A stretch of 64,000 bases of DNA from Cyanophora paradoxa CCMP329 (taxonomy: Eukaryota > Plantae > Glaucophyta). Both the position numbers and the translations under genes were made by a program. Under the pieces are notes generated by a model. The model had not been told where the DNA came from. It searched no databases and saw nothing but the letters and a program-made list of their open reading frames with translations. Each line of letters starts with the position of its first letter. Position 1 is the first letter of the stretch. Shown piece after piece: positions 57,609 through 64,000 of the stretch. Location: the NCBI GenBank assembly GCA_004431415.1, contig QPMI01000603.1, positions 1-64,000 of the forward strand, written 5' to 3'.

Positions 57609-60600
57609 ACAGATCCGAGGCTGCGCTGCCCTGCAACTTGGCACAAATGAAGTGTTGGCAATTGGGGCCCACTATTGCTTGGCGAGGCACCAGCACCTTT
57701 TCAGCGCTTGCCACTATTAAAATCAAATCTAGCGCCTTTGATATAGTCCAGGTACGCTTCTCCAGTCAGTGAAAAGGCCGGGATCTTTTCCTGGCTTCAT
57801 GATCAATTCTCATGATCATCATGAACACTGCATGCATGGGTGCTCAGATCCTCACTGCGAGCCAAATTGAAACTCGGGGCCCATATTGCATACGCCCGCG
57901 AGCATGCTGTTGGGGTTCTCGAGGGCGCTGGATTTGATTATGAAGTCGGTTGAAGACAGATCCGAGGCTGCGCTGCCTGCAACTTGGCACAAATGAAGTG
58001 TTGGCAATTGGGGCCCACTATTGCTTGGCGAGGCACCAGCACCTATTCAGCGCTTGCCACTATTAAAATCAAATCTAGCGCCTTTGATATAGTCCAGGTA
58101 CGCTTCTCCAGTCAGTGAAACGGCCGGGATCTTTTCCTGGCTTCATGATCAATTCTCATGATCATCATGAACACTGCATGCATGGGTGCTCAGATCCTCA
58201 CTGCGAGCCAATTGCAAATTGAAACTCGGGGCCCATATTGCATACGCCCGCGAGCATGCTGTTGGGGTTCTCGAGGGCGCTGGATTTGATTATGAAGTCG
58301 GTTGAAGACAGATCCGAGGCTGCGCTGCCCTGCAACTTGGCACAAATGAAGTGTTGGCAATTGGGGCCCACTATTGCTTGGCGAGGCACCAGCACCTTTT
58401 CAGCGCTTGCCACTATTAAAATCAAATCTAGCGCCTTTGATATAGTCCAGGTACGCTTCTCCAGTCAGTGAAAAGGCCGGGATCTTTTCCTGGCTTCATG
58501 ATCAATTCTCATGATCATCATGAACACTGCATGCGCATGCATGGGTGCTCAGATCCTCACTGCGAGCCAAATTGAAACTCGGGGCCCATATTGCATACGC
58601 CCGCGAGCATGCTGTTGGGGGTTCTCGAGGGCGCTGGATTTGATTATGAAGTTGGTTTAAGACAGATCCGAGGCTGCGCTGCCCTGCAACTTGGCACAAA
58701 TGAAGTGTTGGCAATTGGGGCCCACTATTGCTTGGCGAGGCACCAGCACCTTTTCAGCGCTTGCCACTATTAAAATCAAATCTAGCGCCTTTGATATAGT
58801 CCAGGTACGCTTCTCCAGTCAGTGAAAAGGCCGGGATCTTTTCCTGGCTTCATGATCAATTCTCATGATCATCATGAACACTGCATGCATGGGTGCTCAG
58901 ATCCTCACTGCGAGCCAAATTGAAACTCGGGGCCCACATTGCATACGCCCGCGAGCATGCTGTTGGGGTTCTCGAGGGCGCTGGATTTGATTATGAAGTC
59001 GGTTGAAGACAGATCCGAGGCTGCGCTGCCCTGCAACTTGGCACAAATGAAGTGTTGGCAATTGGGGCCCACTATTGCTTGGCGAGGCACCAGCACCTAT
59101 TCAGCGCTTGCCACTATTAAAATCAAATCTAGCGCCTTTGATATAGTCCAGGTACGCTTCTCCAGTCAGTGAAAAGGCCGGGATCTTTTCCTGGCTTCAT
59201 GATCAATTCTCATGATCATCATGAACACTGCATGCATGGGTGCTCAGATCCTCACTGCGAGCCAAATTGAAACTCGGGGCCCATATTGCATACGCCCGCG
59301 AGCATGCTGTTGGGGGTTCTCGAGGGCGCTGGATTTGATTATGAAGTCGGTTGAAGACAGATCCGAGGCTGCGCTGCCCTGCAACTTGGCACAAATGAAG
59401 TGTTGGCAATTGGGCCCACTATTGCTTGGCGAGGCACCAGCACCTATTCAGCGCTTGCCACTATTAAAATCAAATCTAGCGCCTTTGATATAGTCCAGGT
59501 ACGCTTCTCCAGTCAGTGAAACGGCCGGGATCTTTTCCTGGCTTCATGATCAATTCTCATGATCATCATGAACACTGCATGCATGGGTGCTCAGATCCTC
59601 ACTGCGAGCCAATTGCAAATTGAAACTCGGGGCCCATATTGCATACGCCCGCGAGCATGCTGTTGGGGGTTCTCGAGGGCGCTGGATTTGATTATGAAGT
59701 CGGTTGAAGACAGATCCGAGGCTGCGCTGCCCTGCAACTTGGCACAAATGAAGTGTTGGCAATTGGGCCCACTATTGCTTGGCGAGGCACCAGCACCTTT
59801 TCAGCGCTTGCCACTATTAAAATCAAATCTAGCGCCTTTGATATAGTCCAGGTACGCTTCTCCAGTCAGTGAAAAGGCCGGGATCTTTTCCTGGCTTCAT
59901 GATCAATTCTCATGATCATCATGAACACTGCATGCATGGGTGCTCAGATCCTCACTGCGAGCCAAATTGAAACTCGGGGCCCACATTGCATACGCCCGCG
60001 AGCATGCTGTTGGGGTTCTCGAGGGCGCTGGATTTGATTATGAAGTCGGTTGAAGACAGATCCGAGGCTGCGCTGCCCTGCAACTTGGCACAAATGAAGT
60101 GTTGGCAATTGGGCCCACTATTGCTTGGCGAGGCACCAGCACCTTTTCAGCGCTTGCCACTATTAAAATCAAATCTAGCGCCTTTGATATAGTCCAGGTA
60201 CGCTTCTCCAGTCAGTGAAAAGGCCGGGATCTTTTCCTGGCTTCATGATCAATTCTCATGATCATCATGAACACTGCATGCATGGGTGCTCAGATCCTCA
60301 CTGCGAGCCAAATTGAAACTCGGGCCCACATTGCATACGCCCGCGAGCATGCTGTTGGGGTTCTCGAGGGCGCTGGATTTGATTATGAAGTCGGTTGAAG
60401 ACAGATCCGAGGCTGCGCTGCCCTGCAACTTGGCACAAATGAAGTGTTGGCAATTGGGGCCCACTATTGCTTGGCGAGGCACCAGCACCTTTTCAGCGCT
60501 TGCCACTATTAAAATCAAATCTAGCGCCTTTGATATAGTCCAGGTACGCTTCTCCAGTCAGTGAAAAGGCCGGGATCTTTTCCTGGCTTCATGATCAATT

Positions 60601-60935
60601 CTCATGATCATCATGAACACTGCATGCATGGGTGCTCAGATCCTCACTGCGAGCCAAATTGAAACTCGGGGCCCATATTGCATACGCCCGCGAGCATGCT
60701 GTTGGGGGTTCTCGAGGGCGCTGGATTTGATTATGAAGTCGGTTGAAGACAGATCCGAGGCTGCGCTGCCCTGCAACTTGGCACAAATGAAGTGTTGGCA
60801 ATTGGGGCCCACTATTGCTTGGCGAGGTACAAGCACCTTTTCAGCGCTTGCCACTATCAAAATCAATTCTAGCGTTTTTGATATAGCCTAGATACGCTTC
60901 TCCAGTCAGTGAAAAGGCCGGGATCTTTGCTGGGC
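57609..60935. repeat. Satellite array, ~9.5 copies of a ~347-bp unit
   Basis: ACAGATCCGAGGCTGCG recurs at 57609, 57956, 58308, 58662, 59009, 59357, 59710, 60056, 60401 and 60749. Confidence 0.96.
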
Positions 60936-60944
60936 CTCATGATC

Positions 60945-63900
60945 ATGATCAGTGATCATGATCATCATGAGCACTACACCGCCTGGCGACCCGCGCCACC
61001 GCCCGCCGCGCCTCCGCTCCGCCCCGCGAGCCGCGCCGCCACCCCTGAGCCCCCGCCCCGTCCGACGAGCCGCGTCGCCGCCCGACGCGTTTCCGCCCCG
61101 CCCCGCGAGCCGCGGCGCCGCTCGCCGCGCCCCGCCCCGCCCGGCGACCCGCGCCGCCGCCCGCAGCGCCTCCGACCTGCCCGGCGGGCCGCGCCTCCGC
61201 CCGCCGCGCCTCCGCCCCGCCCCGCGAGCCGCGGCGCCGCCCGCCGCGCCTCCGCCCCGCCCCGCGAGCCGCGCCTCCGCCCGCCACGCCTCCGCCCTGC
61301 CCGGCGAGCCGCGCCTCCGCTCGCCGCGCCTCCACCCCGTGCGGCGAGCCGCGCCTCCGCTCGCCGCGCCTCCGCCCCGCCCTGCGAGCCGCGTCTCCGC
61401 CCGCCGCGCCCCGCCCCGCCCGCGAGCTGCGCCGCCACCCGCTGAGCCCCGCCCTGCCCGGAAAGCCGAGTCGCTGCCCGACGCGCCTCCGCCCCGTCCG
61501 GCGAGCCGCGTCGCCGCCCGCCGAGCCTCCGTCCCGCCCCGCGAGCTGCGCCGCCGCCCCCGCGCCCCCGCCCCGCCAGTGAGCCGCGCCGCCACCCTGC
61601 CCGGAGAGCCGCGCTCGCCGCGTCTCCCACCTGGCCGGAGGGAGCTGTGCCACCACCCGCTGTCTCGCTGAACCCGCCAGGCAAGTTAAGCGGGGGAGAG
61701 AGGGGGGAGGAGGGAGAGCCGTGGGCGAGGGAGGGCATACTCCGAGGGCGCTTCGGCGCGGCGGCGGCAGGGCTCTTGCGGCCGCGGGGTGCACAGGCAG
61801 CCGCGAGGGCGGGCGCGGGCGCTTGTCGTTGTGCGGCGCGGCGGGGCGGCGGGGCGCTCGAAGATCCTCTCCCGCGGCAGCGGGACGCCCCGAAAATTCA
61901 AAATCCTCGAGAGCTGCGAGGGCGTCAGCAGCAGGCAGGCCGGGCTGTGCCGGGCAGGGCGCTCGGCACGGCGCACCGTCTCTGCGGGGCGGGGCGAAAG
62001 CGACGGGGCGGGGCGGGGCGACGGCGACGGGGCCGGGCGAAGCGACAGCGCCGGGGCGGGCCGGGGAGCCGGCGGGGCTGCACGGGGCTGCACGGGGCGT
62101 GCGCCCCGGGCCGCCGCCCGCCGATCCTACGCCCCGCCGTGCAATCCATGCTGCCGCCCTCCGCTCCCTCCGACCATCGCCCCGGGACTCGATCATCCTG
62201 CGCGACAGGAGCGCCTTGTCAGCGACGCGTACGCACACAGACCGCTCAACTCACCTCGTCTAGGCCTGAGCCTCACCAAGCTGTGGAAGAGGGGTCCAGA
62301 ATTCGGAGCCTGGAGACGGCGCGCGCGATCCAGCGCCTGGAACGCAAGCAAGAATCGTGAGACATGCGTTCGCGCGCCGCTGACGCAAAGCTATGGTCCG
62401 GTGGCCCACCCCCGGCGATGGCGACGCGCTCGGCAGGGCGCGCTCGCCGCCAGCGGCGTGCCGGCACTCCATCGCCCGCTACGAAGGAGAGATCAACAGC
62501 GAGAAGCGTGCGGCAGTTCGCCTGTCCCCCGTTCCCGGCCAGGCGGCCGCCGCACCTTGGCTCGGCTTGGGCGCAGGGCCAACCAACTGGGCCGACGGGG
62601 CTCACCGCCGGCGATCCCTGCGAAATCGAGTGAGCTGTACGTCACGCGTGGAACGCGGAGGGCACGGCATAGACGCACGTCGTCGGTTTGTGGGAGGAAG
62701 GCAGGCCGTGAACGCAGCGCCGCACGGAAACACGGCCACGCCAGGGCATAGACATGCAGCTGCGAGAACACGGGCCACATGCGCCTAGCTATAGCTAACG
62801 AAAGGGCCGCGCGCCGCATCTGCGAGCTTCCGCCAACGTGCTCGGCACCGCGGCCGAGCGAGCTGCGAAGGAGCATGGGACCGCTCAGGCTTCCTCGGAA
62901 AGCTGAGCCGAAGGGCGTCCTCAAGCATCCTCGATCGATATCGCTGTTGGTGTCGCTGCCGCTTTCGCCCAACAGCTGTGTACCCCGAAATCCGCGGCCT
63001 TGCACTTTGAAGAGCACGCAGGGCAAGAACTGGCTGCGGCCTCCAGCACGGGACGCAATGCAATCTCGGTGCGTCGGCGCTGGGCTCTCCACCGCAGCGC
63101 ATCCTGGTCTCCCTTACTCCACAATTTCAAACAGGTCAAACGGAGTCCGCACAGCTGCCGCGAACTTGACGAGCCTCGAGCGCGAACGACGTTCGAAGGT
63201 GCCTACTTGCATCCTCTCGCGTCCCCCGCCTGTCGCCGGCCTGATTTCAAACGCAGAGCGCTGCCCCAGGGCGGCGGGCGCCCGCTCGTGGCGAAGAGCG
63301 CTCGTGTACGCGTCGTTCTTGCCTCTTCAAGCGCCCTTGATCTGCATTCTTAGCCCGGCCGCCGCCGCCAAGTGTTCCTTCTTTTGGTCGGCTCGCGCAG
63401 AAAGGAGAAGGCGGCTGCCGATGCGAAGCAAGGTGCTTTTTCGTTTCATCTCCTTTGCCCCAATCCCTCATTCCGCTGGCGGTCCAGGGAACGGGGTGAC
63501 TGGCCCGCGCGAGCAGAGCACCACCATCCAGTTCGCCTAGCGTCTTCTCCCGCAGGCCAGGTGCTCGCTCTTGTTTCCGCTACTCTCGCGTTGATGTTTT
63601 TGTGACGCCGGCCGCGTGCGCAGCGGAGCGGGTGCCGTTCTCGGACGCGTGGCTTCTGGACGGCCGTGGCCTCGGAGTTCTTGTGCTTGCGGCCGCTGGG
63701 GCGCAGGTGCGGCAGGTGCGGTCGTTTGCCGGCGCGCATTCTTCTCTTCTTTCGGTTGACGCTCCGAGCTCAGCGAGCGCTGCGCCGTCGCGGCGACCGC
63801 GTTCCGGGCGCTCTCAATCTCGGTGTGGGCGCTCGGCGACAGGTGCGGTCTGTTTATTGGCGCGCGTTCTCTCTTCTTTTGATTGACATTCCTCTCCGTG

Positions 63901-64000
63901 CGCAGCGAGCGCTCTGCCTTCGACGTCGGGCACGGGCAAGGGATGCTGGAAGCGGGGACGGGCCTCCTGCTCTCTCCTTGCTGCGGTGCGCAGACGTCCC
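60945..64000 (-). repeat. Right arm of large inverted repeat (runs off the window)
   Basis: The window end (GGTGCGCAGACGTCCC) is the reverse complement of 54815 onward; includes a GC-rich minisatellite at 60980-61640 mirrored at 57170-57550. Confidence 0.9.

Noticed and set aside
57609-60935. Array as CRISPR, snRNA/5S/spliced-leader genes or repeated CDS
   Set aside because: No spacers, no recognisable RNA-gene motifs, and ORFs in the units are broken inconsistently by indels; an Rfam search would be needed to exclude an RNA gene fully.

Overview
Eukaryotic (protist/algal) DNA: a very GC-rich host with short introns, carrying a 38.9-kb AT-rich endogenous virus. 1-6.7 kb is an intron-rich phytochrome hybrid histidine kinase gene (PAS-GAF-PHY-PAS-HisKA-HATPase-REC) with an unusual tandem-Cys bilin site; this architecture resembles glaucophyte-type phytochromes, but the host assignment is inference. 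12161-51018 is a complete Polinton-like virus (PLV) with ~830-bp TIRs and a 6-bp TSD (CGCGTC). It encodes an rve integrase, protein-primed PolB, GIY-YIG nuclease, primase-SF3 helicase, packaging ATPase, major capsid, two minor capsids, a patatin-discoidin fusion, a large fibre protein with an S74 chaperone, and a SAM decarboxylase. A second complete 12.0-kb PLV (29110-41116; 336-bp TIRs; TSD AAAGAC) is inserted into codons 8-10 of the outer virus's patatin gene. It has its own ATPase, MCP, mCP, PolB and integrase, but no recognisable helicase. The two viruses share a terminal-hairpin apex motif (GGCGTTCYGCC) and a CAAAAAATGAC upstream motif. Their replication genes look complementary: the outer has a helicase but an exonuclease-dead PolB, the inner an intact PolB but no helicase. 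Right of the virus lie the 3' end of a tyrosine-recombinase (Ngaro/PAT-type) retrotransposon and a >9-kb palindrome with a ~347-bp satellite array at its centre. All calls come from motif recognition by eye; no searches were run, and many frameshifts may be long-read errors.
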